The notes beneath the pieces were generated by a model. That model did no database searches and had not been told where the DNA came from. It was given only the letters and a program-made list of their open reading frames with translations. 64,000 nucleotides of DNA from Atribacterota bacterium (GTDB lineage Bacteria; Atribacterota; Phoenicimicrobiia; Phoenicimicrobiales; Stramentimicrobiaceae). The position numbers and the translations under genes are program-made. Shown here piece after piece: positions 20,500-32,773 of this stretch. The number at the start of each line of letters is the position of its first letter. Position 1 is the first letter of the stretch. The stretch lies in assembly GCA_040767965.1 (NCBI GenBank), contig JAXGNR010000005.1:32001-96000 (forward strand), written 5' to 3'.

Positions 20500-21933
20500 A
20501 TGAAAAAAATATTTACATATATTTTTATCATTGTTGTATGCCTATTTCTTACTATGCCCAGTGGGGCTAATGAAATAAAAAACATATTAGGGAATTGGGA
20601 AGGAACATTGAAAGTTCCTGGAACTGAACTTCGAATTGTATTTAGGGTTTATGAGACTACTGAGGGTAATATCTCTGCTACTATGGACAGCCCTGATCAG
20701 GGAGTTAGGGGGATTCTTGTTAATGAGATTATTCAGGATGATAATAATTTAATTCTGGAGATTAAAGCTATTGGTGGTGTCTTTGAGGGAGTGATCAGCG
20801 AAGAAGGTTTAATAATTGAAGGACAATGGAAACAGTCGGGAGCAGCTTTTCCTCTTCTGCTGGAGAAAAAAGAAGAGATAAAAGAAATTGTAAGACCACA
20901 GGAACCACTAAGACCTTATCCCTATATCGAAGAAGATGTTGAGTATGAAAACAAAGAAGCAGGCATAACCCTGTCAGGAACATTGACATTTCCAGCAAAA
21001 AAAGGACCATTCCCTGCAGTTCTGCTGATTAGTGGTTCGGGTCCTCAGGATAGAAATGAAACTATTGCAGGTCATCGTCCATTCCTGGTGCTGGCAGATT
21101 ATTTGACCAGAAAGGGAATTGCTGTTTTAAGAGTAGACGATAGGGGGGTCGGGAAATCTACAGGAGATTTTTCTCAGGCAACCAGTGAAGATTTTGCTTC
21201 CGATGTACTGGAAGGGGTAGAATACCTGAAAAACCGTACAGAGATTAATACTAAACAAATTGGCTTAATTGGGCATAGCGAAGGGGGTCTGATTGCCCCA
21301 ATGGTAGCAGTGCAGTCAAGAGATGTTAGTTTTATTGTTTTAATGGCTGGACCAGGATTGCCGGGAGAGGAAATATTGTACCTGCAAGGAGATCTAATTT
21401 TAAGAGCTATGGGTTTCAGCGAGGGAAAGATTGCCAGATATTTAGGCTACAATAAAAAATTGTATTCTCTGGTAAAAGAAGAAGGTGATAAAGAGGTTTT
21501 AAAAGAAAGAGCCTCTAAAATTTTCGAGGAATATTATTTTGAGTTATCTGAAGAAGAAAAACAAGAAATAGGTAACTGGGATGTATATGTAAAAGGACAA
21601 TTACAAAATTTACTTTCACCATGGTTTGGATATTTCCTCACTTATGACCCCAAGGTAACTTTAAGCAAGGTTGAATGTCCGGTACTTGCTATTATTGGTG
21701 AAAAAGATCTACAGGTGCCACCCGTAGAAAATCTTCCTGCAATTAAAGAAGCACTGCTAGAAGGTGGCAATAGTAATATTAAAATCAAGGAATTACCAGG
21801 GCTTAATCATCTCTTTCAATCTGCCGAAACCGGTTCACCTGATGAATATGCCAGAATTGAAGAAACAATTTCACCAGCAGCACTGGAATTGATTAGTAAT
21901 TGGATTTTAGGGCAGGTAAACTTAATTCATTAG
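20500..21933 (+). CDS. Secreted alpha/beta hydrolase
   Basis: Signal peptide; SGSGPQDRNE, DDRGVG, GHSEGG nucleophile, DLQV, LNHLFQ. Confidence 0.9.
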   Translation: MKKIFTYIFIIVVCLFLTMPSGANEIKNILGNWEGTLKVPGTELRIVFRVYETTEGNISATMDSPDQGVRGILVNEIIQDDNNLILEIKAIGGVFEGVISEEGLIIEGQWKQSGAAFPLLLEKKEEIKEIVRPQEPLRPYPYIEEDVEYENKEAGITLSGTLTFPAKKGPFPAVLLISGSGPQDRNETIAGHRPFLVLADYLTRKGIAVLRVDDRGVGKSTGDFSQATSEDFASDVLEGVEYLKNRTEINTKQIGLIGHSEGGLIAPMVAVQSRDVSFIVLMAGPGLPGEEILYLQGDLILRAMGFSEGKIARYLGYNKKLYSLVKEEGDKEVLKERASKIFEEYYFELSEEEKQEIGNWDVYVKGQLQNLLSPWFGYFLTYDPKVTLSKVECPVLAIIGEKDLQVPPVENLPAIKEALLEGGNSNIKIKELPGLNHLFQSAETGSPDEYARIEETISPAALELISNWILGQVNLIH

Positions 21934-22072
21934 GTTAATTTTATTTAATTGTTTGTTTTCTCACAATAAATTCAAATAAGATATCTTTTTATATTATTTT
22001 ATGTTAAAATAAATTAATATTAATTTTTTTAAATTTAAAAACTATTCTTTTAAAAATAAATAGAAATCTCTA

Positions 22073-22163
22073 ATAAATTGATAAAGGCAATCTATTCGAA
22101 AGGGTAAGGAGCAAAGTCTTGGCCTAAAGCTTATCGGCTATGGCAACCAGACTGCCGATTTAT
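22073..22163 (+). ncRNA. GEMM-I (c-di-GMP-I class) riboswitch aptamer
   Basis: P1 ATAAATTG/CGATTTAT; GGCAA..TATTC-GAAA-GGGTA (GNRA loop); GCAAAG; P3 GTCTTGG/CCAGAC with receptor CCTAAA...TATGG; ends TGCCGA. Confidence 0.8.
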
Positions 22164-22680
22164 ATTTTCATGCCTCAATAAAAGCAGATAGGAGTTTGTA
22201 AGATTGGCAAAAACCAATAACAATACTTTCTCAATGCAGTCCTTAAATAATAATTTTGAAAAAACATTTAAAAAGCATTATTGTAATTATAGTAATTATA
22301 GTACTAATAATCTGCTAGTAGAAACTATTAAAAAATCAAATTTCTTCAAAAAATATTCACATATCAAACCATTCATAATTCTGAACCCCATTTCTATCAT
22401 TGGCCAAGACAAAAAACAAAAATCAATTTATCCTTACCTTGCTTAATTATTAATTTATGGAGGTGATGTGAAAAGTAAAAAAATATAAATAATGTTAAAT
22501 ATATCTATATATTATATATATATTTATTGCTAAGAATAATTAATCATTATTTTATTAAAATTAGAAGGGTATTTTTTTGCTTTAATAAATGTTTCATCTA
22601 CTGTTTAATTTTACGTTGATTACTTTTCAATTAAAAAAATATAAAAATAAGTTATAAAAAAAGAAAGGGCATTATTAATA

Positions 22681-24852
22681 ATGGATAATAAAAAAAGATT
22701 TTTATCAATCACTTTTTTTCTGCTAATTGCTTTTTTAATTGCAGGCTGTGGAGTAATTCCGACACCAGTAAAAGGAGTTATCGAAGGAAGAGTAGTAGTA
22801 CCTCCTTCTGCCGGTGAGATGTCCAAAGATGTATCTGGCTGGGTGTCTGCAGCAGGGGCCACAGTAACGATAGTTGATGCCAATGGGGTTACCCGTACTA
22901 CGACAACAGATGAAAATGGTTACTATAGCTTTGAAAACATTGCTGTAAATCCCAATACTGTTATAACTGCTACAGTTGAGGTAGATGGTAAAGCGATTGT
23001 TCTGAAAAAAGTGATTCCTGGCGCGGTAGCAGAAGATGAAGATTATGATGCTGGAGTAATGACACCTGAATCAACTGCAATAGGCCTGGTAGTAGAACAG
23101 CTTTTGGAAGCTGGCATGGATTTGGGAGATATTGACCCGGATGAGATAATAAATACTGATATTTTCACAGATTTGGTGGAACAGGTTACTACAGCTATAG
23201 AAGAAGGAAAAGATGTAACGGAAGACCTTGATGTTATGGATGGAGTAGGTGAAATAGCGGAAGGAATTCTTTACCCGGATGATAATCCACCTTCCAGTGG
23301 TGGTGGCGGAGGAAGCGGAGGAACAGGTCCAGAAGACCCGGTATTTAATGGCATTGTTTCAGGACAGATAGCTACTGATAAGGGAGATGTTTCAGGAACA
23401 CTAACAGGTGATTTTGACCTAGAAATCGAAGGTAGCGTTACAGGGTATATTAAAAATATAGCAACTTTTACCGGTACTGTTACCGGTGATATCGAAGGAG
23501 ATATTTCAGCAACTATCAATGCACAGGGAATTGATACCTTGTATGGAACTATTACAGGTACCGATGCGGTAGAAACAGTAAGAATTGTTGGTATATTTGG
23601 ACAGACAGGAACTGAAGGAGATTTTGCAGGACAAATAATTACTGGTGAACAATTGCCTGCTGTTACAGCTTTAAGTATCGAAGGATCTGATGTTGTTGCT
23701 GTTGGAGATACAATAATTCTATCAGCAGATATAACTCCAACAGATGCAACAAATGAAGTTTTATGGTCTGTTTATGTGAACCAAAGTGATATAGCTGAAA
23801 TCGGTGAAAAAACAGGCGAATTAACTGGACTATCTGCTGGAACTGCAACAGTAATTGTTAAAACATATGATGACAGTAATTTAAGCTTTGCCACAAAACA
23901 AATAACTGTAGTTGATGGTAAAGTAATTAATGTTACTCAGAAGCTAGGTTATGACACTATCCAGGCAGCAGTTAATGAAGCTGAAGATGGTGATGAGATA
24001 GAAATCGCGGCAGGCACTTATGATGAAGAAGTAACAATAAATGCTATTGATGCTGTTAAATCAATTACTTTGCGTGGAGCAAATGCCAATATTAAACCAA
24101 CAACAAACATTAGTGATGGAACAATCATAACTGGCGGTATTTACATTGGCACTGATGCAAGTGCAGTCATCGAAAAATCTGTTACAATCAAGGGAATTAC
24201 TTTTGATGGCGGGAAAGGATTGCTATTAGGTAATATACAGAGTGTTCTTGTCGAGAATAATAAATTCCTGAATATCACAGATACTTTTAACTCTTCAACT
24301 ACAAATGTAGCAGGAATTGCCGTAATTGATCCTTATGCCGATGGGATTACTCAAATCCAGTATAACTATATAGACGGAGTAGCAGGTAGTACAGAAGGTT
24401 TAGGAATATACATTAGAAAACCTTCATCGGTACAAATATTATTTAACAATATAAGGAATACAGCACATAATGCAATTCTTTTATCTGGAACTGTTACTGA
24501 TGCGCATATTAATATATTAGGAAATGATATTGTGAACTGGGATGCAGACAACGATACAGTTGATGTTGGAGGAAGAGCTTTGCGCTCTGCAGTAGCTGCT
24601 AGTTCTTTTAATTTTACTGAAAACTGCATGATAAAAGATACATGGGCAGAACCACCTGTTGATCCAAACTTTGTGAAGGTAACAGGCTTGTCTGGAACAG
24701 CAACTGTAGATTTTGGCGGAAACTATTGGAACAGCCCAGAGCCTGATTTCAGTGTGATACTTAATGGTTCAGATTCATATGTTCTAGATTCGATTGATAA
24801 TTATTATTCAGATGAAGGGATGATAACAACAGTTAATCGGACTACAGGGTAA
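22681..24852 (+). CDS. Large surface lipoprotein (carboxypeptidase-regulatory-like domain, Big_2 Ig domain, right-handed beta-helix)
   Basis: Lipobox IAGC (Cys23); TTTTDENGYYSF; Gly/Ser linker; ITPTDATNEVLWS...GELTGLSAGTATV; YDTIQAAV...IAAGTYDEEV; GNYW. Confidence 0.8.
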   Translation: MDNKKRFLSITFFLLIAFLIAGCGVIPTPVKGVIEGRVVVPPSAGEMSKDVSGWVSAAGATVTIVDANGVTRTTTTDENGYYSFENIAVNPNTVITATVEVDGKAIVLKKVIPGAVAEDEDYDAGVMTPESTAIGLVVEQLLEAGMDLGDIDPDEIINTDIFTDLVEQVTTAIEEGKDVTEDLDVMDGVGEIAEGILYPDDNPPSSGGGGGSGGTGPEDPVFNGIVSGQIATDKGDVSGTLTGDFDLEIEGSVTGYIKNIATFTGTVTGDIEGDISATINAQGIDTLYGTITGTDAVETVRIVGIFGQTGTEGDFAGQIITGEQLPAVTALSIEGSDVVAVGDTIILSADITPTDATNEVLWSVYVNQSDIAEIGEKTGELTGLSAGTATVIVKTYDDSNLSFATKQITVVDGKVINVTQKLGYDTIQAAVNEAEDGDEIEIAAGTYDEEVTINAIDAVKSITLRGANANIKPTTNISDGTIITGGIYIGTDASAVIEKSVTIKGITFDGGKGLLLGNIQSVLVENNKFLNITDTFNSSTTNVAGIAVIDPYADGITQIQYNYIDGVAGSTEGLGIYIRKPSSVQILFNNIRNTAHNAILLSGTVTDAHINILGNDIVNWDADNDTVDVGGRALRSAVAASSFNFTENCMIKDTWAEPPVDPNFVKVTGLSGTATVDFGGNYWNSPEPDFSVILNGSDSYVLDSIDNYYSDEGMITTVNRTTG

Positions 24853-24962
24853 AAGAGAGAACAGGTAGTTGATTTCTTGTATAGCATTACCTATAGTTCA
24901 AATATCAACTGACAGGTGATGCTTACCCAGAGAAGCCCTTGTTTATGGGTAATGAAAAACTA

Positions 24963-25013
24963 AATAAGCCTCGTGGGATAGCGTTAATTTCTTGCTTTCC
25001 CGCGAGGCTTATT
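24963..25013 (+). terminator. Strong hairpin / terminator after the lipoprotein gene
   Basis: AATAAGCCTCGTGGGA / TCCCGCGAGGCTTATT 16-bp stem with one G-U pair. Confidence 0.75.
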
Positions 25014-25253
25014 AATAAAAATAATAAAATCCCCTGTTATATTTTAATTGTTCATTTTTAAAATTTACTGTATCATAGATAATAAAAATAGCTTTCTTTT
25101 ATATATGACTCTAAAAAAATATCTTTGCAGATTAATTTAACATATTTTATGTAAATTCTAATCAAAGCCAGGAGGTAATTAAAAAAAATTAAATTCATGC
25201 TTGTTAATTTGTATATCTCAATTATCCATTAACAAATATTATTTAATTAACCT

Positions 25254-25281
25254 ATACATATCTAAAAATACATATCTAAAA
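25254..25281 (+). repeat. 14-bp tandem duplication
   Basis: ATACATATCTAAAA x2, just 5' of the RBS. Confidence 0.8.
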
Positions 25282-25308
25282 ATATAAAGGAGAAAAATAA
25301 AGTTAAAA

Positions 25309-25893
25309 ATGAGAATCAACAAATTATTTAATTTGACAATTATTTTTTTTGCCATGGTGCTTTTTTTAAGTGGGTGTCTCTCAAGTATAGTCCATGTAAC
25401 TGGTGTTAATATTACAGGAGGAGATCAGATTCTTGAAGTAGGGAAAAATCTACAATTATCTGTAGAGATTGAACCGATAGATTCCACCAATACAGTGGTT
25501 TTTTGGGAGTCAAGCGATATTAACAAAGTAACAGTTGATGAAAACGGGCTAGTTGAAGCAATAGCCAGTCCAGGGGCTGATATTACTGTAATTACTGAAG
25601 ACGGTGAATTTGAAGATACAATCGCAATCATTGTCATACCGGCCAGCTCTGACACTTCAAACAACACTTGTGATCCTTGTAATACAAATGACCCATGCAA
25701 TACCTGTGATCCAGACCCCTGTAATACCTGCGACCCATGCAGTACCTGTGAGCCGGAATGTGATCCCTGTAATCCATGTGGAGATTGTTATGATGAATGT
25801 GAATGCGATCCTGCTAGTTGTTGTGACCCGTGTGATCCATGTGGTGACTGTTATGACCCGGATGATGCATCCTGTAATCCATGTGGCTGTTAA
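25309..25893 (+). CDS. Lipoprotein with Big_2 Ig-like domain and Cys/Asp/Pro-rich C-terminal tail
   Basis: RBS AAGGAG; lipobox LSGC; [27 protein letters not shown]; 22 Cys in aa 121-194. Confidence 0.85.
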   Translation: MRINKLFNLTIIFFAMVLFLSGCLSSIVHVTGVNITGGDQILEVGKNLQLSVEIEPIDSTNTVVFWESSDINKVTVDENGLVEAIASPGADITVITEDGEFEDTIAIIVIPASSDTSNNTCDPCNTNDPCNTCDPDPCNTCDPCSTCEPECDPCNPCGDCYDECECDPASCCDPCDPCGDCYDPDDASCNPCGC

Positions 25894-25968
25894 TACTGGG
25901 TAAAGATGTAAATAGCAATATAATAATTTAATTATTTTAATTTAATGATTACTGATTTTAAATTCTAT

Positions 25969-26011
25969 AAAGGTTTGCTGATAACAAGAAATGATATCTG
26001 TAAACCTTTTT
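25969..26011 (+). terminator. Probable terminator
   Basis: AAAGGTTTGC.GATA / TATC.GTAAACCTTT followed by a T-run. Confidence 0.55.
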
Positions 26012-26325
26012 AAAGATTTTTAATTTAAAATAAAAACTTTACTTGAAACTAAAAAATATACTTTAAAAACAATGGGTAAAATGGGTAATTAAATTTTTTA
26101 AATTAATAAATTATAAATTAGAACATCATAAAATATTTTGTAACCTTCAAATACAGAACAGATATACTACATTACAAAAAACACCTGCAAATAAATACTA
26201 CTTTCTTAAATTTTTAAATTTTAAAACACTAATTTTTAAAAAATAGCTGTTATTTTTTAAAAGATAAACCGGATTAAGTTTTTTTAAAGAAAATATTGCG
26301 GGATATATTTGAATATCTAAATTAA

Positions 26326-28548
<2,223 letters not shown>

Positions 28549-28748
28549 TTTTATAAATGATATTTAAAGAAAATACTAAATATTCACTATTAAATTAAAA
28601 ATCTATCAACAATTGATTGGTGATAAAGAATATATGACCGGAGTGAACCAGTAATGGAATGAAACTATTTAAAGATTGGGTAAATACTATTTATAAATAT
28701 TTAGAAATAAATAATAATAGGTAGAATTATAAATAAAAAAAGGTTTTT

Positions 28749-29561
28749 ATGATAAAAAAGGGCTTGTATAGCGGAATAAAACCAATAATTGTAATATTTT
28801 TTGGTATATCCCATATACTGCCCTTTTTTACTACTACTGCTTTGATGATTTTAGAAAAAAATATATATATCAGCAACCAATTTTATGGCAGTATTATTTA
28901 TTTTAGCTTATTAAGCCCTACTTTTGCAGCTTTGATTTTATTGCATTTCTTTTATTCAAAAAAAGAAAAGATCAATTATTTACATAGAATAATTGATCTG
29001 GATTACATTACTTATAAAGAGTACCTGTTGATATTTGGCCTGCCTTTTTTTATCAGAATTTTTGCCGCAATTTTCGCATTACCTTTTTCTTCTACATATT
29101 TTCAGTTTTATTTTTCACCAGAGATGACTTTTTCTTATGCTGTATTATTACTTTTTTTTGGCCCTATACCGGAAGAATTAGGCTGGAGAGGAATAGCTTT
29201 ACCAAAATTAATGATGGAATATGGAATTAATCAGGCAACTATTATTTTAGGTCTTATGTGGGCTGTCTGGCATTTACCTTTATTTTTTTTAAAAGGAACA
29301 TATCAGTATCAGCTGGGCTTGGGAAGTTTTTTGTTTTGGAGTTTTATGTGGGGAGTATTTTTTACCACATTTATCTACAGTTTTATTTATATCAGAACCA
29401 ACCAAAGCATATTGGCAGTTATTTTGTTTCATTTTATGGATAATTTTTGCGGAGAGGCTTTCGTAATAAATGAAAAAGCTTTTGTTATTTCAACATTAAT
29501 CAGAGGAATTATAGCATATGTTATTTTTGTCAAAATGAAATGTGAATCATTTGATAGTTGA
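28749..29561 (+). CDS. CPBP/Abi family intramembrane metalloprotease
   Basis: EELGWRG, WAVWHLP and ILFH motifs; many TM segments. Confidence 0.9.
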   Translation: MIKKGLYSGIKPIIVIFFGISHILPFFTTTALMILEKNIYISNQFYGSIIYFSLLSPTFAALILLHFFYSKKEKINYLHRIIDLDYITYKEYLLIFGLPFFIRIFAAIFALPFSSTYFQFYFSPEMTFSYAVLLLFFGPIPEELGWRGIALPKLMMEYGINQATIILGLMWAVWHLPLFFLKGTYQYQLGLGSFLFWSFMWGVFFTTFIYSFIYIRTNQSILAVILFHFMDNFCGEAFVINEKAFVISTLIRGIIAYVIFVKMKCESFDS

Positions 29562-29716
29562 TTTTACAAAAAATTATCCTGGAGATATTATTTTATTTAA
29601 ATATGAAAGAAAGAAAAATTTATAATTTACCTGATAATATCTATAGTAAAAAAAGAAAAAATAAATGATAATATTAATATTAAATTAATTTAGTTATTAT
29701 AGAGGAGGATATTAAA

Positions 29717-30073
29717 ATGAGAAATATTTTTTTAATTGTTTTATTAGCTTTTTTCCTTATAGGCATAGGCAGTCCGGTAATTGCCCACCCGCCTGGTCAG
29801 ATTGTAGCTGAGTTTGACCTGGAAAGTAATATTTTGTCAGTAAAAGTCACTCACAATGTAGGAGGAGACCCAATACACTATATTGAAAGTTTAAAAGTAA
29901 TCTATAATGCCAAAGAAATTATTTCCCAGCAGATTTCTAAGCAATTGGGCGATCTTCAAACTTTTCTCTATTTTATTCCTGAAGCTAAAAAAGGGGACGA
30001 GATAGAAATTGAGGCTGTTTGTAATATTTTTGGTGAAAAAAGTGTTAAATTTACAATTGAAGACTCTGAGTAA
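29717..30073 (+). CDS. Secreted SOR/SoxZ-like putative metal-binding protein
   Basis: RBS GAGGAGG; signal peptide ending VIA; HPP, VTH..DPIHYI, CNIFG. Confidence 0.6.
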   Translation: MRNIFLIVLLAFFLIGIGSPVIAHPPGQIVAEFDLESNILSVKVTHNVGGDPIHYIESLKVIYNAKEIISQQISKQLGDLQTFLYFIPEAKKGDEIEIEAVCNIFGEKSVKFTIEDSE

Positions 30074-30278
30074 GCAGATACTACAAAATTCCTGTAAAAT
30101 ATAAAAATTAATTTAAAAGCCTGTGTTTGTAATTATTCCTATATATATATTTATACGTATGCCAGGGAGAAAAACTTGCAAGTGTTATCAATATTTTTCT
30201 ATAAATAAAAAAGATATATTCCAGTAGATTAAAGAATATTTATAGAGCTATTAATATTCTAAAAGTGAGAGAGGATAT

Positions 30279-31511
30279 ATGGAAAAATATGATGAAATTA
30301 ACCTAAGGGTCAATTTGAAAAGAGGATGGATGGTCACATTTGCAGGCTTGGGCGTAAATCTGGCATTAGGAGTGCTATACTCCTGGGGAGTATTCGCGTC
30401 AGCTCTTCGGACTGAAGGATGGTCTGCAACCGAATCGCAGATACCCTACATGATTGCTTGCGCAGTTTTTGCCATAATAATGGTTCCCGGAGGTCACCTG
30501 CAGGATAATTTTGGTCCCAAAAAAGTTATCTTTATATCTGCAACTTTAACAGGAATAGCATTTATATTGTCAGGTTTTTTTATGACTGTAATAGGTCTTT
30601 CTATTTTTTTTGGAATTGTATTTGGTACAGCTATGGGTTTTGGTTATGCTGCTGTTACTCCTGCTGCTATTAAATGGTTTGGGCCTCACAAAAGGGGGCT
30701 TATTTCAGGAATCGTTGTTAGCGGGTACGGATTAGCAGGAATATACATTGCACCATTAACAACATATTTAATTGAAAATTTTGGACTTGGATCAACCTTT
30801 TTTATAATAGGTATTTGCTTTGCGATTGCAATATTTTTATTTAACCTGATTATAGACAACCCACCAGCTGATTATCATTTATTTTTATCAAGACAAAACA
30901 TCCCGATCCAAAAAATAAAAAATATGAAAAATTATACCTGGAAAGAAATGATAAACACCCCGCAATTTTATATGTTATGGTCAATGTTTTGTTTTGGAAC
31001 TTTTGCAGGTTTATTGATATTAGGGCAGTTATCAAACATTGCTCAAGAGCAGACAGGAATAACTGCCCATACTGCAACCAGTTTTGTTATGATTTATGCT
31101 GTATTTAACTGGTTTGGTCGTCTTGCCTGTGGGCTTATTTCAGATAAGGCTGGTCGGAAATCTACTTTCTTTCTTATTTTTTTAATTCAATTTATATGTT
31201 TTGTATTTTTTGCGCGATTTGTTACTCTTCTTTCTTTCTCTATTGGTACAGCCCTGGTTGCTTTCTCTTTTGGTGGGATGCTAACCTTGTTTCCTTCTAC
31301 AACTGCAGATTATTTTGGTGTAAAAAATCTAGGGTTAAATTATGGTCTTGTTTTTACTGCCTGGGGAGCAGGAGGAGTATTTGGGCCATTGCTGGGGGGA
31401 TTAGCAAGAGATTTAACCGGAACTTACAATGTGAGCTATCTTGTTTCTGCTGTTTTATGTCTTATGGGGGCAACAATTAGCCTGTTAATGCCGGCAATTC
31501 AGAGAAAATAG
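30279..31511 (+). CDS. OFA family MFS transporter (oxalate/formate antiporter-like)
   Basis: GVLYSWGVF, PAAIKWF..KRGLISG, DYFGVKNLGLNYG. Confidence 0.9.
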   Translation: MEKYDEINLRVNLKRGWMVTFAGLGVNLALGVLYSWGVFASALRTEGWSATESQIPYMIACAVFAIIMVPGGHLQDNFGPKKVIFISATLTGIAFILSGFFMTVIGLSIFFGIVFGTAMGFGYAAVTPAAIKWFGPHKRGLISGIVVSGYGLAGIYIAPLTTYLIENFGLGSTFFIIGICFAIAIFLFNLIIDNPPADYHLFLSRQNIPIQKIKNMKNYTWKEMINTPQFYMLWSMFCFGTFAGLLILGQLSNIAQEQTGITAHTATSFVMIYAVFNWFGRLACGLISDKAGRKSTFFLIFLIQFICFVFFARFVTLLSFSIGTALVAFSFGGMLTLFPSTTADYFGVKNLGLNYGLVFTAWGAGGVFGPLLGGLARDLTGTYNVSYLVSAVLCLMGATISLLMPAIQRK

Positions 31512-31645
31512 ATTATAAATCCTAAACAATTTTAGTACCACAGCAAAAATGAATTTTGAGTATTGTATTTATATGTTTAATGAATTGTTAGGATTATGTT
31601 ATAGTATAAAAGTGAGCTTTTATTTAAAGTTAAAAAGGAGTGGGT

Positions 31646-32773
31646 ATGGCAATTAAAATATTCCACACTGCTGATTTGCATCTGGGAATGCGCTTTGCTG
31701 GTTATCCGGAAATCCAGAATCTTCTTATTGATGCCAGGTATGAAACATTAGCCAGAATGGTGGAAATTGCAAACAAAGAGAAAAGTGATTTGTTCGTTAT
31801 AGCTGGAGACTTGTTTGACAGAGTCACAGTAAAAGCTAAGGAAATATCCCGAGCTGCAAAGATACTCAATGAATTTAATGGAGAGTTGGTAGCCGTTCTC
31901 CCTGGAAATCACGATTATTATACTAGTGACAGTAGCCTGTGGGATAGTTTTAGTCAGGTTACTGGTGATCGTGTCTTAATTTTAAAAGAACCAAAATTAT
32001 ATGACTTGAGAAATCATCATCTTGATGCTGTGATTTTTGCTTGTCCCTGCAGTTCCAAACATTCAGCAGAAAATAAGATTGGCTGGATTGCAGATGTTGA
32101 TTATCCAAAAGACAACCTGTTAAAAATAGGAATAGCTCATGGCAGTCTGGAAGGAATATCTCCAGATTTTAACAAATCATATTACCCGATGACTAGCAAA
32201 GAATTAGAAGCAAGTGTTTCTGATCTTTGGTTACTGGGGCATACTCATTTATCATATCCGGAAAATCCTACAGAGAAAGATAAAATTTTTATTCCAGGTA
32301 CACCTGAACCTGACGGATTTGACTGTAAGCATAAAGGCAATGCTTTTCTAATCAAAATAGAAAAACCCTCAGAAAAGGTAATTAAAAAAATAGATACTGG
32401 TAAGTACAGATTTGTAATCAATAGTGTCTTACTGCAAGATGAAGGCAGTATTGAGAAAATGGAAGCAGAATATAGCAAAGTAGAATATAAAAATACTATC
32501 TTGCGATTGATATTAGAGGGAAGATTGAAAAAAGAAGAGTTAATCAAGGCAAAAAAAGCTGTCAAGTCCATTGAGGAAAAGGCTTTATATCTGCAGACAA
32601 TTTCAGAAGAACTTAACGAAGAAATTGGTCAGGGACTGATTAATAGTGAATTTACACAAGATTCATTTCCTCACCAATTACTTATATCATTACTGAATAG
32701 CAATGAAAATGCTGCTTCTCAAGCTTTGCAAAAAGCTTACGACCTGATAAGGGAGATTAAAGATGAGGATTAA
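31646..32773 (+). CDS. SbcD/Mre11-family (YhaO-like) metallophosphoesterase nuclease
   Basis: HTADLHLG, AGDLFD, PGNHD, AHG, LGHTH; ATG 31646 after AAGGAG. Confidence 0.9.
   Translation: MAIKIFHTADLHLGMRFAGYPEIQNLLIDARYETLARMVEIANKEKSDLFVIAGDLFDRVTVKAKEISRAAKILNEFNGELVAVLPGNHDYYTSDSSLWDSFSQVTGDRVLILKEPKLYDLRNHHLDAVIFACPCSSKHSAENKIGWIADVDYPKDNLLKIGIAHGSLEGISPDFNKSYYPMTSKELEASVSDLWLLGHTHLSYPENPTEKDKIFIPGTPEPDGFDCKHKGNAFLIKIEKPSEKVIKKIDTGKYRFVINSVLLQDEGSIEKMEAEYSKVEYKNTILRLILEGRLKKEELIKAKKAVKSIEEKALYLQTISEELNEEIGQGLINSEFTQDSFPHQLLISLLNSNENAASQALQKAYDLIREIKDED

Noticed and set aside
22204-22446. 80-aa ORF between the riboswitch and the lipoprotein gene
   Set aside because: TTG start, low-complexity Asn/Lys composition typical of AT-rich noncoding DNA and no recognisable motif; cannot be fully excluded as a leader ORF
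25669-25890. Cys-rich repeats as a CRISPR array, DGR variable region or RiPP precursor
   Set aside because: Repeats are codon-periodic with no spacers; no reverse transcriptase, template repeat, radical SAM or other maturase nearby; the ORF has a lipobox and Ig domain
25425-25903. Overlapping alternative-frame ORFs (25425-25700 minus, 25604-25903 plus)
   Set aside because: Shadows of the repeat-coding lipoprotein gene; no RBS or motifs
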